The notes: generated by a model from the sequence alone, not told the origin. Counted from the stretch's first letter, positions 14,836 to 23,960 are shown. The stretch is 50,571 bases of DNA from an uncultured Candidatus Saccharibacteria bacterium (GCA_964486765.1 CAZAOA010000004.1:1-50571), one strand, 5' to 3'. Numbers and translations are program-made.

Positions 14836-16488
14836 TTAATCATTGAAGATCTCTTCTGCTGCTTTTTGAAGATCGTCATCAGATGATGAAACTGTGGGTT
14901 TGCGTCTTAAATCTGCGATTCTACACTTCACCCTTACATTTTGCCCAGAAACTTTGTGAATCACTCCTTCTAAGATGGATATGTTTTTTGCTTCAGAAAT
15001 TTTGTCTTGATGAAACTTGAACTTGACCCCAACTATCAGATTTTCAGCTTCAGCACCAACCGGTTTTGCATCTCTTAAAAGCGCAGCTAATGTTGAGTTT
15101 TCGGTCTTTGTTTCATTTATTACCTTTTGCCATATATCTTCTGAAAAAGATTCGAGGCTAACAAAAGTGGGGAGTTCGGGGCTAGCTTCCAAAGCTTCAG
15201 GAGCTGTATTAACTTTTTGAGCTTCTTGCTTTTGTGAATCGATGATATCTTCTTTTATCGATTCAATGTTTTGCAGTGGAATTTTTTCTTCTTTTTGGAT
15301 TTTTGGTTTTTGATCATTCGAATTTGCCACCGCCTTTGGCGGGGTCCCGCTGAAAGCGGTGATTTCTTCGTTCTTCAGTTTATTAGTTTCATTGAGTCCT
15401 GTGGACTCAATGATTGCCATCTCTATCGGAAGCACCGGATAACTGACATCTTTTATTAGCCTGCCAGCTTCAATAAAGATCTCAATTAAGTTTATCAATC
15501 TTTTAGTTGAATTGATTCGGTCTTTCTTAGAAAAATACTTTTCTGAAAATTCTTTAATCTGCTCGGTATTCTCTTTCGTATCCTCGAACAATACTTCATT
15601 TGAAGAAACATACAACAAAAGCTTTCTTAAGGTTTCAATAATATGGACATTGAACTGTGAAAGTGAAATTCCCTCTTTATAAAGATTTTGGGCGATTTTT
15701 AGTCCCTCCTCCGGGTTAGTACTAAAAATCGCCTCAAGCATATTCATCACCTCAACCTCTGAGGCAATTCCCAATATATTTTCAACATCGGTCAAATTTA
15801 ACTTCTTCTTAAAAGATGAAGCTTGATCTAAAAGAGAGATCGCATCTCTGTGTCCGCCTTGAGCAGTTGTCGCAATTAAGTCCAGTGAATCATCATCGAT
15901 CTCAATTTTTTCCTTCTTGGCAATTAATTTTAAATTTGTAACTATATCTTTTTTGGAGATTCTTCGAAAATCAAATCGTTGCGTTCTTGAGATTATAGTT
16001 GCAGGAATTTTATGTGGTTCAGTCGTAGCTAAGATGAAAATTGCATGATTGGGCGGCTCTTCCAATGTTTTTAAAAGTGCGTTGAAAGCTTCACGGGTCA
16101 ACATATGAACTTCATCTATAATGTAGATTTTGTATTTAAGTTTAGTTGGCGAAAACTTCACATTTTCACGAAGTTCCCGTATCTCGTCAATTCCACGGTT
16201 AGATGCTGCATCAATTTCGATAATATCCATCGACTTTAAATCAGATATTTCTTTGCAAGATTCGCATTTGTTACAGGGTTCACCCGTTTCATTTTTAATA
16301 TTCAGACAATTTGCTACTTTTCCGATCAATCTCGCTGTAGTAGTTTTTCCAGTCCCACGAGGTCCAGTAAAAAGGTACGCGTGGGAGAGCATATCTTGTT
16401 TGACCGCCTCTAAAAGCGTATCTCTAATGTGGTCTTGACCTATAAGATCTGAAAAAGTTATTGGACGATGTATGCGATATAAAGACAT
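14836..16488 (-). CDS. dnaX: DNA polymerase III subunit gamma/tau
   Basis: YRIHRPITFSDLIGQDHI, GPRGTGKTTTARL, zinc module CNKCESC, and IIDEVHMLT. Confidence 0.9.
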   Translation of the reverse strand: MSLYRIHRPITFSDLIGQDHIRDTLLEAVKQDMLSHAYLFTGPRGTGKTTTARLIGKVANCLNIKNETGEPCNKCESCKEISDLKSMDIIEIDAASNRGIDEIRELRENVKFSPTKLKYKIYIIDEVHMLTREAFNALLKTLEEPPNHAIFILATTEPHKIPATIISRTQRFDFRRISKKDIVTNLKLIAKKEKIEIDDDSLDLIATTAQGGHRDAISLLDQASSFKKKLNLTDVENILGIASEVEVMNMLEAIFSTNPEEGLKIAQNLYKEGISLSQFNVHIIETLRKLLLYVSSNEVLFEDTKENTEQIKEFSEKYFSKKDRINSTKRLINLIEIFIEAGRLIKDVSYPVLPIEMAIIESTGLNETNKLKNEEITAFSGTPPKAVANSNDQKPKIQKEEKIPLQNIESIKEDIIDSQKQEAQKVNTAPEALEASPELPTFVSLESFSEDIWQKVINETKTENSTLAALLRDAKPVGAEAENLIVGVKFKFHQDKISEAKNISILEGVIHKVSGQNVRVKCRIADLRRKPTVSSSDDDLQKAAEEIFND

Positions 16489-16569
16489 ATTGTGTATTTC
16501 TTGGATTTAGTGCTTGGTGTTAATATTATAGTTGACTTATTCACTTCCATAACCCCTCGATCATCATAG

Positions 16570-16670
16570 TTATCAAATAGTGAATTCCATAGCTTTAAGT
16601 TTTAAGTTTTAAACTATACACAATTGTTATCCATAGTTTTATGCACAGATTATCCACAACCTTATCCCCG
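16570..16670 (+). promoter_or_regulatory. Cluster of four same-orientation DnaA-box-like 9-mers
   Basis: TTATCAAAT 16570-16578, TTATCCATA 16627-16635, TTATCCACA (perfect consensus) 16650-16658, TTATCCCCG 16662-16670. Lies in the divergent gap between dnaX (minus) and pilB (plus). Confidence 0.45.
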
Positions 16671-16728
16671 TATTGCAGCTAAGCTGCAAATCCTTCGAAT
16701 TGTCTGTATTTTCGCAATAAAAAAACAC

Positions 16729-16757
16729 TTGCTAGTAAATTTTCTGGTTGGTATAAT
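16729..16757 (+). promoter_or_regulatory. sigma70-type promoter for the pilB operon (TTGCTA-17nt-TATAAT)
   Basis: TTGCTA 16729-16734, exact 17-nt spacer, TATAAT 16752-16757. Implies a leader of about 225 nt. Confidence 0.55.
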
Positions 16758-16844
16758 GTAGATAGTTTACTAGATTGTAGTTTTTTAAGTTTCGAATCTT
16801 TATCGTTTGGGTTTGTTTAGTATTTAGATGTTGATCAATTGTTC

Positions 16845-16988
16845 GACACCTGCCCGTCCTGCGCTCGAGTTTGTCTCGAAACCTATCCGCCGTGGCTCGA
16901 CCACGGCGAGACAGGCGGGTTCGCAGACGAATCGTCGCTACGGAGGGCGCGACAGACTATCGATAAAATTAAGGTGTCGCGGAGGGGA
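16845..16988 (+). promoter_or_regulatory. GC-rich conserved 5' leader element, copy P (upstream of pilB)
   Basis: GC-rich block inside an AT-rich leader. It shares GTCTCGAAACCTAT...GGGTTCGCAG.CGAA.CGTCGCT..GG.GGGC.CGACA.ACTAT.GA.AA..TTAAGGTGTCG.GGAGGGG.ATG with 30862-30960 (minus). It carries an extra 8-bp hairpin CGCCGTGG-CTCGA-CCACGGCG at 16888-16908. Confidence 0.5.
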
Positions 16989-19586
16989 ATGAACAGAAAA
17001 GAGCTAGCGAGGGAACTGGCCAAAAAGACCAAACTTTCGGCTAAGCAAGCCGAGAATCTTATAATTGCCTTCGGTGCTGTAGTCACCGATGTTCTAGAAA
17101 AGCAAGAAAAAATCGTTTACTCAAATTTTGGGACATTTTACACTGTTCACTATCCTTCAAAAACAATCTATCACCCAAAACTTGGCAAAAAGAAAACCAT
17201 GATAATGCTTCCGACCAATGCCGCAAAGTGGATGCCCGCAAGTAATATTAAAAAGATGGTAAATGGAGGAGTAGAAGTGGATGAACCAACTAGACACAAA
17301 GCAACAAAATCTCCGATTCAAAAGCCAGATGTTAAAGATGTTCCAGAAAAACCCAAGACCGAAAGCGTAAAGCCGAAAGTTGCAAGTAAACTCGATGAGA
17401 TCGAGGATCTGGAAGAATATCAGAAAGCCAAAAAAGAGATGGCAGATGGGACTCCTTTTGATGTTGGAGATAAGTCAACGTCAAAAAAAGTCAAAGAAGT
17501 AGAAAAAGAGCGAGCAAATATATATGAAGAAACTATGGCGGATGGTTCTAGCGAGCTCTCAACTGTGGACGGCTCAATCAAACTTCATGATGACAAAGAC
17601 GATCATACGATAGATGATGGTCGCAATATGGATAATAGTCATAAGATGGACGATATAGTTGCAAAAAATAAAGAACTTGAAGAAGAAAAAGATAAGAAAC
17701 CAGAGAAAAAAGAAACAAGTCACGATGGAGCATTTAGCAAAATAAAATCAAAGTTCGGGTTTGGCCATAAAGATGATGAAAAAGTGGATGAAGTCAAAAA
17801 AGAAACCAAGGAAGATGAAGAAACGTCTGTAAGTCTTGCAGGATCAGGTATTTTTGGAACTGAGAATATGAAAGATCGCGAAAAAGAAAAAGATATTAAG
17901 ACTACTGGAGCACGAAAGATTGATAAAATAAAAGACGAATTTCACGAAGGCTCAAAAGGCGATGATGATGATTCACTTAGCAAAAGTGCTGAGATACAAA
18001 AACCGAATTTAAGCCTAGTTAGAGAGCCTGTAAATATTGTTTACAAGGACCTTACAAAAGAAGATATCGATAAAGAACTTCTCAAAAAGGTTCCACTTAA
18101 GATTGCCAGAAAATACAAAGCCGTTCCATTGAATGAGAAAGATGGAGTAATCTCCGTTGCTATGGTTGACCCGCAAGATGTCGAGACCAAAGAGATCTTA
18201 AAAAAGAATTTGGGTCAAAATCTTCAAATTGTGCTCTCTACTGAAGCAGATATTAATCATGTTTTGAATCAATACCAAGGCTTGGAAAGTGAAGTTACTA
18301 GCGTTATAGAGGGTGCCGTATCTGCAGGAGAGAAAGATGAAGAAAAGAAAAAGAAAGAAGAGAAAAAGAAAGTTACTGCAGATGAGATCTCCGATGACGC
18401 TCCAGCTGCAAAAATCGTGGATTCATTACTGAAGCGCGCCATTCGTGATAAGGCTTCAGATATTCACATAGAGCCTGCTGAGAAAGAAGTTGAGGTCAGA
18501 TTCAGGATTGATGGAGTACTTCGAAAGAAAGTTTCGCTCCCTAAAGACATTCAGGCTGCAGTTGTTTCTCGATTAAAGATCTTATCAAATATGAAGATTG
18601 ATGAACAGCGTGTGCCTCAAGATGGAAGATTTAACATGATTGTAGATAATAGACAAGTCGACTTTCGTGTTTCGACCATGCCAATCTCTTCTGGTGAAAA
18701 AGTAGTTATGCGTATCTTGGATAAAGAAACTGGAATTTTGACAATAGAACAGTTAGGTATTCAGGGTAGTGGTAAAGTAGTCATCGAAGACAACCTTAAA
18801 AAGAGCCATGGGATGATACTTGTTACCGGTCCTACTGGTTCAGGTAAGTCCACCACTCTTTATGCTATGATCAGCAAGATTTTCAATGTTGGAGTAAATA
18901 TTATTACACTTGAAGATCCGATTGAGTATCAGATCAAAGGAATCAACCAAAGCCAAGTTAATTCAGCTATCGGTTACACATTTGCAAGTGGGCTTAGATC
19001 CATTCTAAGACAAGATCCGGACATTATCATGCTTGGGGAGATTCGTGACAAAGAAACTGCAGAGATGGCCGTTCACGCCGCTCTAACTGGTCATGTACTT
19101 TTGTCTACTCTTCACACAAACACAGCTGCAGGTGCAGCACCTCGAATGATTGATATGGGTGTTGAGCCATTCCTTTTAACTTCTTCCATAAATGTAATTA
19201 TTGCTCAAAGACTTGTAAGAAAGATCTGTAGCGAATGCAAAGAGGAAGTCAAGCTTGCTCCCGAAGAGCTAGAAACAGTCAAAAAAGAGATTGAATTACT
19301 TCCTGAAAAGGAAAAAGCTGAGATTAAAAAGAAAGACATTAAGTTTTTCCATGGAAAAGGCTGCAAGACTTGCGATAATTCTGGAACAAAAGGACGAATT
19401 GGAATCTATGAAGTACTTGATGTAACTGAAGAGATAAAAGCGTTGGTTCAACAGCGTTCTTCAGACGCAGGGATCCATAAGATTGCAATTTCACAAGGGA
19501 TGGTTACCTTATTACAAGATGGAATAATCAAAGCCGTAAATGGTGAAATACCAATGACTGAAGTATGGAGAACAACTAAGGAATAA
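16989..19586 (+). CDS. pilB: HU/IHF-like DNA-binding domain fused through a K/E/D-rich linker to type IV pilus assembly ATPase PilB (GspE family)
   Basis: ATG 16989 follows GGAGGGG. Residues 1-95 (MNRKELARELAKKTKLSAKQAENLIIAFGAVVTDVLEKQEKIVYSNFGTFYTVHYP...) look like HU. Then come a T2SSE_N-like domain, Walker A GPTGSGKSTT, and the tetracysteine CSEC...CKTC. The 50 upstream codons of the track ORF lie in the leader. Confidence 0.85.
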   Translation: MNRKELARELAKKTKLSAKQAENLIIAFGAVVTDVLEKQEKIVYSNFGTFYTVHYPSKTIYHPKLGKKKTMIMLPTNAAKWMPASNIKKMVNGGVEVDEPTRHKATKSPIQKPDVKDVPEKPKTESVKPKVASKLDEIEDLEEYQKAKKEMADGTPFDVGDKSTSKKVKEVEKERANIYEETMADGSSELSTVDGSIKLHDDKDDHTIDDGRNMDNSHKMDDIVAKNKELEEEKDKKPEKKETSHDGAFSKIKSKFGFGHKDDEKVDEVKKETKEDEETSVSLAGSGIFGTENMKDREKEKDIKTTGARKIDKIKDEFHEGSKGDDDDSLSKSAEIQKPNLSLVREPVNIVYKDLTKEDIDKELLKKVPLKIARKYKAVPLNEKDGVISVAMVDPQDVETKEILKKNLGQNLQIVLSTEADINHVLNQYQGLESEVTSVIEGAVSAGEKDEEKKKKEEKKKVTADEISDDAPAAKIVDSLLKRAIRDKASDIHIEPAEKEVEVRFRIDGVLRKKVSLPKDIQAAVVSRLKILSNMKIDEQRVPQDGRFNMIVDNRQVDFRVSTMPISSGEKVVMRILDKETGILTIEQLGIQGSGKVVIEDNLKKSHGMILVTGPTGSGKSTTLYAMISKIFNVGVNIITLEDPIEYQIKGINQSQVNSAIGYTFASGLRSILRQDPDIIMLGEIRDKETAEMAVHAALTGHVLLSTLHTNTAAGAAPRMIDMGVEPFLLTSSINVIIAQRLVRKICSECKEEVKLAPEELETVKKEIELLPEKEKAEIKKKDIKFFHGKGCKTCDNSGTKGRIGIYEVLDVTEEIKALVQQRSSDAGIHKIAISQGMVTLLQDGIIKAVNGEIPMTEVWRTTKE

Positions 19587-19640
19587 TCAAACTTCAACTT
19601 TCAATGTGAAAATGGAAATTGGAAATTGGAAAATAATATT

Positions 19641-20840
19641 ATGCATTTTAAATACACAGCTAGAAATTCTGAAGGAGAGCAGATTAAAGGTGAAATCGAA
19701 GCTGCAGATGAGACTTTGGCGTCTTCTGCGTTGAGAGAAAAAGGCTTATATATAAGCTCCATGAAGAAAGTATCTGAGAGCAAACTACCAGAAATCCCGT
19801 TTCTGAATAAAACCAGCCTTAAAGATAAGATAATTTTCACCCAACAGCTTGGGATAATGATTAAATCGGGCTTAAACGTAGTTGACGCTCTAAAAGCCTT
19901 AAGTACAGAAACTACAAATCAAAATTTCACCGACGAGATTACCGACATTATCTCAGATGTAAAAGGAGGAGCCCCACTTTCTGATGCTTTTGCAAAACAC
20001 CCCAGAACATTTGACCCTGTATATATCAGTACTGTGCGATCTGGTGAGAAATCTGGAAAGTTAGATGAAGTCTTGAAAAGGTTGGCAATTCAACTTGATA
20101 AGGATTATGAATTAAGTTCCAAACTTAGAAGTGCAATGTTTTATCCTGCCTTTGTTTTAACTGCACTTGTAATTGTGATGGTTCTTGTAATGATTGTGAT
20201 TGTGCCACAACTTACAGCAATATTTGAAGATGTTGGTGTCCCTCTGCCTATATTGACCAGAATAGTGATCACATTAAGCAAGTTTATGCAAAGCTATATC
20301 CTCTACATTGTTATCGCTCTAATCGGCATATACGCTTTAAGTGTGTATTATGGACGAACCACTTCAGGAAGACATCTTTATGATACTCTCAAGCTTAAGG
20401 TTCCAGTTTTTGGAAAGCTTTTAAAAAAATCCTATATGGCCAAATTCACCCGAACTTTTGCCGGGCTTTCAGCAGCAGGCCTTCCCCTACTAGATATCTT
20501 TAAAGCCGCGAAAGAGGTTATAAACAACTCTGTTTACCAAGAAGAAATTGCTAAAATGGAGAAAAAAATTGAAGTGGGGGAATCCATCTCTAAAGTAATC
20601 AAAGACTGTCCCCTATTTCCTGGAATGGTTGGGCAACTGGCTTCAGTCGGTGAGAAATCTGGAAGCATTGATTTGGTTTTTGACAGCATGGCAAACTTCT
20701 TTGACAAAGAAGTGGACAATATTACTTCCAATCTCTCAGTTCTTCTTGAACCGATTCTTATGGTAATTATGGGAATTGGAGTAGGACTTCTGATTGTTTC
20801 TGTTCTACAACCGATATATGGCTTGGTCAATGCATTGTAG
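19641..20840 (+). CDS. pilC: Type IV pilus platform protein PilC (GspF family)
   Basis: MHFKYTARNSEGEQIKGEIEA start typical of PilC, two GspF repeats and three hydrophobic spans. The track start 19626 is a TTG. Confidence 0.9.
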   Translation: MHFKYTARNSEGEQIKGEIEAADETLASSALREKGLYISSMKKVSESKLPEIPFLNKTSLKDKIIFTQQLGIMIKSGLNVVDALKALSTETTNQNFTDEITDIISDVKGGAPLSDAFAKHPRTFDPVYISTVRSGEKSGKLDEVLKRLAIQLDKDYELSSKLRSAMFYPAFVLTALVIVMVLVMIVIVPQLTAIFEDVGVPLPILTRIVITLSKFMQSYILYIVIALIGIYALSVYYGRTTSGRHLYDTLKLKVPVFGKLLKKSYMAKFTRTFAGLSAAGLPLLDIFKAAKEVINNSVYQEEIAKMEKKIEVGESISKVIKDCPLFPGMVGQLASVGEKSGSIDLVFDSMANFFDKEVDNITSNLSVLLEPILMVIMGIGVGLLIVSVLQPIYGLVNAL

Positions 20841-20988
20841 AAAAAAGTTAGTAGTTTCGTGGTAATACAATCAGTTTCGTCGATAGTCATTCATTAAACG
20901 ACTATAATCCATTGCAAATATTTCAATTTGATATTAGAATATAATTAGAATATAATTTCGGTATTTTTGCACGTTGTTAAGGAGGGTT

Positions 20989-21984
20989 TTGGGGATTTTT
21001 TCATCAAATTCAGCAAATGTTTTCGGGCTTGATATAGGCTTCGAGACTTTGAAGTTGTGTGAAACTCGAAGATCTGGTAACTCTGTTAAGATTGTAGGTC
21101 TCTCTGAACACCACATTACCGAAAGAATTTTAGATAAAGACACCATAAAAAATAAGGCTAAAGTCGCCAATATGATCAAGGAATCAATGCGTACAGCGAA
21201 ACCTCATTCGATTAGGGCCAACAAGATTGTGACAGCTCTACCCGAAACATTTGTATTTTCTAAAACCATACAGGTACCCAAGATGGGACCAAAAGAACTT
21301 ACAGTTGCTATCCCCAACGAAGCAGCGCAGTACCTTCCAATGCCGATTGTTGAAGTCTACATAGACTACCAAGTCTTGGTAACTCACCCCGAAGAGAACC
21401 GAATGGACATTCTTGTCGCAGCAGCCCCTAAAAGGCTTGTTGACGATTATGTTGAAATGGCCAAGATGGCGAAGATGGAACTTGCTGCACTAGAAACCAA
21501 ACCTGTAGCAGTTGGACGGGCTCTGATTCCTGAAAAATCCAACGAAGGAATCGCTATCTTACATATAGGGACAGAGATTTCTCGAATATCGATATGGGAC
21601 AAAGGAGATATCCGCCTTATCACTACCGTATCAACCGGAAAAAACAAACTTCTGGAAAGTCTTGGTATGGTCAATAAAAGTACGGAAGAAATTACAAAGA
21701 TCAGCCTTGATGAGGAGAAAAAGCTAAACTTAATGCTACCACTAAATTCTATAATTGATGAAGTCGCAGAAGCAATCAGGTATCACCAAAATCGTGGTTA
21801 TAAACCCTCCCCCATCAAACACATTGAGCTTTGTGGAACCGGCGCGCTCATATCGGGAATAGATAAAATAATTGAATCCGAGATAAAGATAAAGACCGAA
21901 GTTTCAAGTTCACAGTTCAATTTAAAAGATAGCCTTCATCCACAGTATCTGACAGCATTTGGATTATCGTTAAGGGAGATATAA
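20989..21984 (+). CDS. pilM: Type IV pilus assembly protein PilM (actin-like ATPase fold)
   Basis: VFGLDIGFETLKL and LCGTGALISG motifs. AGGAGG at 20980-20985 lies inside the track ORF (TTG 20974), so TTG 20989 is the proposed start, which remains uncertain. Confidence 0.8.
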   Translation: MGIFSSNSANVFGLDIGFETLKLCETRRSGNSVKIVGLSEHHITERILDKDTIKNKAKVANMIKESMRTAKPHSIRANKIVTALPETFVFSKTIQVPKMGPKELTVAIPNEAAQYLPMPIVEVYIDYQVLVTHPEENRMDILVAAAPKRLVDDYVEMAKMAKMELAALETKPVAVGRALIPEKSNEGIAILHIGTEISRISIWDKGDIRLITTVSTGKNKLLESLGMVNKSTEEITKISLDEEKKLNLMLPLNSIIDEVAEAIRYHQNRGYKPSPIKHIELCGTGALISGIDKIIESEIKIKTEVSSSQFNLKDSLHPQYLTAFGLSLREI

Positions 21985-22523
21985 TGTCGATTACCACTAT
22001 TAACCTAATTCCTCCCCGAATCAAAAAAGAACAGAGATTGAGACAAATCTCGAAAGTAGTTTTTTCGTTCTTTTTCGCATTACTTCTTATGTCCATTCTC
22101 GTATATGGAGCAATTTTCATGGCAAATTATTATACTCAAGAAGAGCTTACTTCTGCACAAAGCGAATTAGCTGAATACGAGGTTAAAATTAAAAAACTAG
22201 AACCGTTAGAAAAAGATGTAACACTTATTAACTCACGATTAAATAAGATCTCGGAGCTTCGAAAAAATAGCATGCTTTGGAGCGAATTTTTGGAGATCTT
22301 CAATAACTCAACTCCCACTGAACTGCATATTGATTCATTGTCAGTTGATTACAAAGCGAAGACTATTGTCATGGCTGGATCAGCAGAGACTAGAAGGGAG
22401 ATCGTCAAACTCGAGACAAAGCTAAACACAATGGAATCTTTAACCGAAGTAGGATTTAGCTCATCAACCTACGACGAAACTGATTACAACTATAACTTCT
22501 CGATGACAGGAGTATTCAAATGA
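21984..22523 (+). CDS. pilN: Type IV pilus assembly protein PilN
   Basis: INLIPPRIKKEQRLRQ motif, single TM, coiled coil. ATG overlaps the pilM stop. Confidence 0.8.
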   Translation: MSITTINLIPPRIKKEQRLRQISKVVFSFFFALLLMSILVYGAIFMANYYTQEELTSAQSELAEYEVKIKKLEPLEKDVTLINSRLNKISELRKNSMLWSEFLEIFNNSTPTELHIDSLSVDYKAKTIVMAGSAETRREIVKLETKLNTMESLTEVGFSSSTYDETDYNYNFSMTGVFK

Positions 22524-23092
22524 AATCAACTCAAACAAAAATTATAATTACAGCTCTGGTTTTCATATTTATTATTGCTGCCATTATATTCTTTGGGATC
22601 TATCCCGAAATACCCAAATACTCAAACAACAAATCAGAGCTTTCTGAAACCAAGGCAATGATAGAAGAGGCAGATTTTAAATTATCAGAGCTTAACAAGC
22701 TAGATAATAATTCAGAGGAAGTATCAACTGCAAAAGAGTTCGTTACCGGACTTCTTCCAGAAAACATATCGACTTCAGACTTTGTCGTAAAAGTTGAAGC
22801 TATGTCTGTCGGCGTACCAGTCATCGTCAGTACTTTGTCTACCGGATCCAGCACTCCAGCCGCTAGCGCGAGCAAGGCTGCCGTCCCCACACAAGACAAT
22901 AAAGGTTCAGACAATTCTGTGGATTTTTCACTGACAGCAACAATCGGTTATAACACAATTTTAGAAGTAATAGAAAAGCTTGAATCATTCCCTCGCTTCA
23001 ATATTTTAGATTCTATTAATCTGTCTGGACGTGATAAAAAAACTCAAACTTTAGATCTTCAAGCAAAAGGAAGAATTTTTTATGGAAAATAA
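22520..23092 (+). CDS. pilO: PilO-like pilus assembly protein
   Basis: Position after pilN, N-terminal TM plus coiled coil, 4-nt overlap with pilN. Confidence 0.6.
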   Translation: MKSTQTKIIITALVFIFIIAAIIFFGIYPEIPKYSNNKSELSETKAMIEEADFKLSELNKLDNNSEEVSTAKEFVTGLLPENISTSDFVVKVEAMSVGVPVIVSTLSTGSSTPAASASKAAVPTQDNKGSDNSVDFSLTATIGYNTILEVIEKLESFPRFNILDSINLSGRDKKTQTLDLQAKGRIFYGK

Positions 23093-23426
23093 AAAAAACA
23101 TAAAATTAATTACAATGATTGCAATCCTAATAATTGTGCTATTGGGAATGGTCATGAGCTTTTTTCTCTATAGCTATCTAACTGAAAGTTTGATTTTAGA
23201 AACCGTAAACAAAGAGCCGATTGCGATCAATACAGAACTTTACCAAGAACTTAAGGGAATACCTTCATATGGAGTTCCTGTCACTGCAGAAGAACCTGGG
23301 TATGGACGAGACAATCCATTTATACCATATAAAACCTTGCCAAGCGAAATCGAAGAGGCAGCTGCCCTAGCTGATACTTCAGTTAACGAGGCCATAGCAG
23401 AAACAGAAACTCCAGCAACAGAATAA
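23082..23426 (+). CDS. Small membrane-anchored protein, PilP-like (GRDNPF motif)
   Basis: N-terminal TM, an R-x-NPF motif of the kind seen in PilP-type proteins, and operon position after pilO. Confidence 0.4.
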   Translation: MENKKNIKLITMIAILIIVLLGMVMSFFLYSYLTESLILETVNKEPIAINTELYQELKGIPSYGVPVTAEEPGYGRDNPFIPYKTLPSEIEEAAALADTSVNEAIAETETPATE

Positions 23427-23438
23427 CTACTCTATAAA

Positions 23439-23467
23439 TAAAAAAAGAATCTATAGATTCTTTTTTT
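23439..23467. terminator. Bidirectional rho-independent terminator
   Basis: A-run, AGAATC-TATA-GATTCT, T-run. Lies between the convergent pil operon and the receiver gene. Confidence 0.7.
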
Positions 23468-23479
23468 ATTTAATTTAAC

Positions 23480-23866
23480 TTAATCAGATTTCTTACCTAA
23501 AGCTTTCTCGACTTTCTCGATCACGTCTTTTGGCATCTCTTTGCTTTTTATCAGATATGAGTCTTTCGGTCCCATAAGACCTTTTAGCTTGTCTATCTCC
23601 TGAACCAGAGCGGTCAATATAATAATGGGGATTTCTTTTGTCTTTTCTTCATTCCGAAGCTTCCCCATCACATCTATACCATTTAGCTTGGGCATCATGA
23701 TATCCAAAATTATTAGATCGGGTTTGACCTCTTCTGCTTTTTTCAAAGCCTCTACACCGTCTGCCACTCCAATAACCAAATAACCTTCTTGCTTAAGACG
23801 TTCTTCATACATCTCGCGAAGTGTCAAATCATCATCTACCAACAAAATTGTGCTTCCCTTTGCCAT
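23480..23866 (-). CDS. Single-domain response regulator (CheY/PilH-like receiver)
   Basis: ILLVDDD...DLIILDIMMPKLNG...IPIIILTA...K receiver motifs. No output domain. Confidence 0.85.
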   Translation of the reverse strand: MAKGSTILLVDDDLTLREMYEERLKQEGYLVIGVADGVEALKKAEEVKPDLIILDIMMPKLNGIDVMGKLRNEEKTKEIPIIILTALVQEIDKLKGLMGPKDSYLIKSKEMPKDVIEKVEKALGKKSD

Positions 23867-23960
23867 ATTACCTTTCTTTCTGAAAACTCCGATTTTTTTC
23901 GAAGTTATTCAATATTATACTTCAAATACATTCTACACTACTACACTAAATTTACTATAA

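Noticed and set aside
16839-16988. 50-codon N-terminal extension of the pilB ORF (MFDTCPSCARVCLETYPPWLDHGE...)
   Set aside because: It lies inside the conserved GC-rich leader, and GGAGGGG immediately precedes ATG 16989. The homologous leader upstream of the GT4 gene is likewise not part of that protein's conserved sequence.
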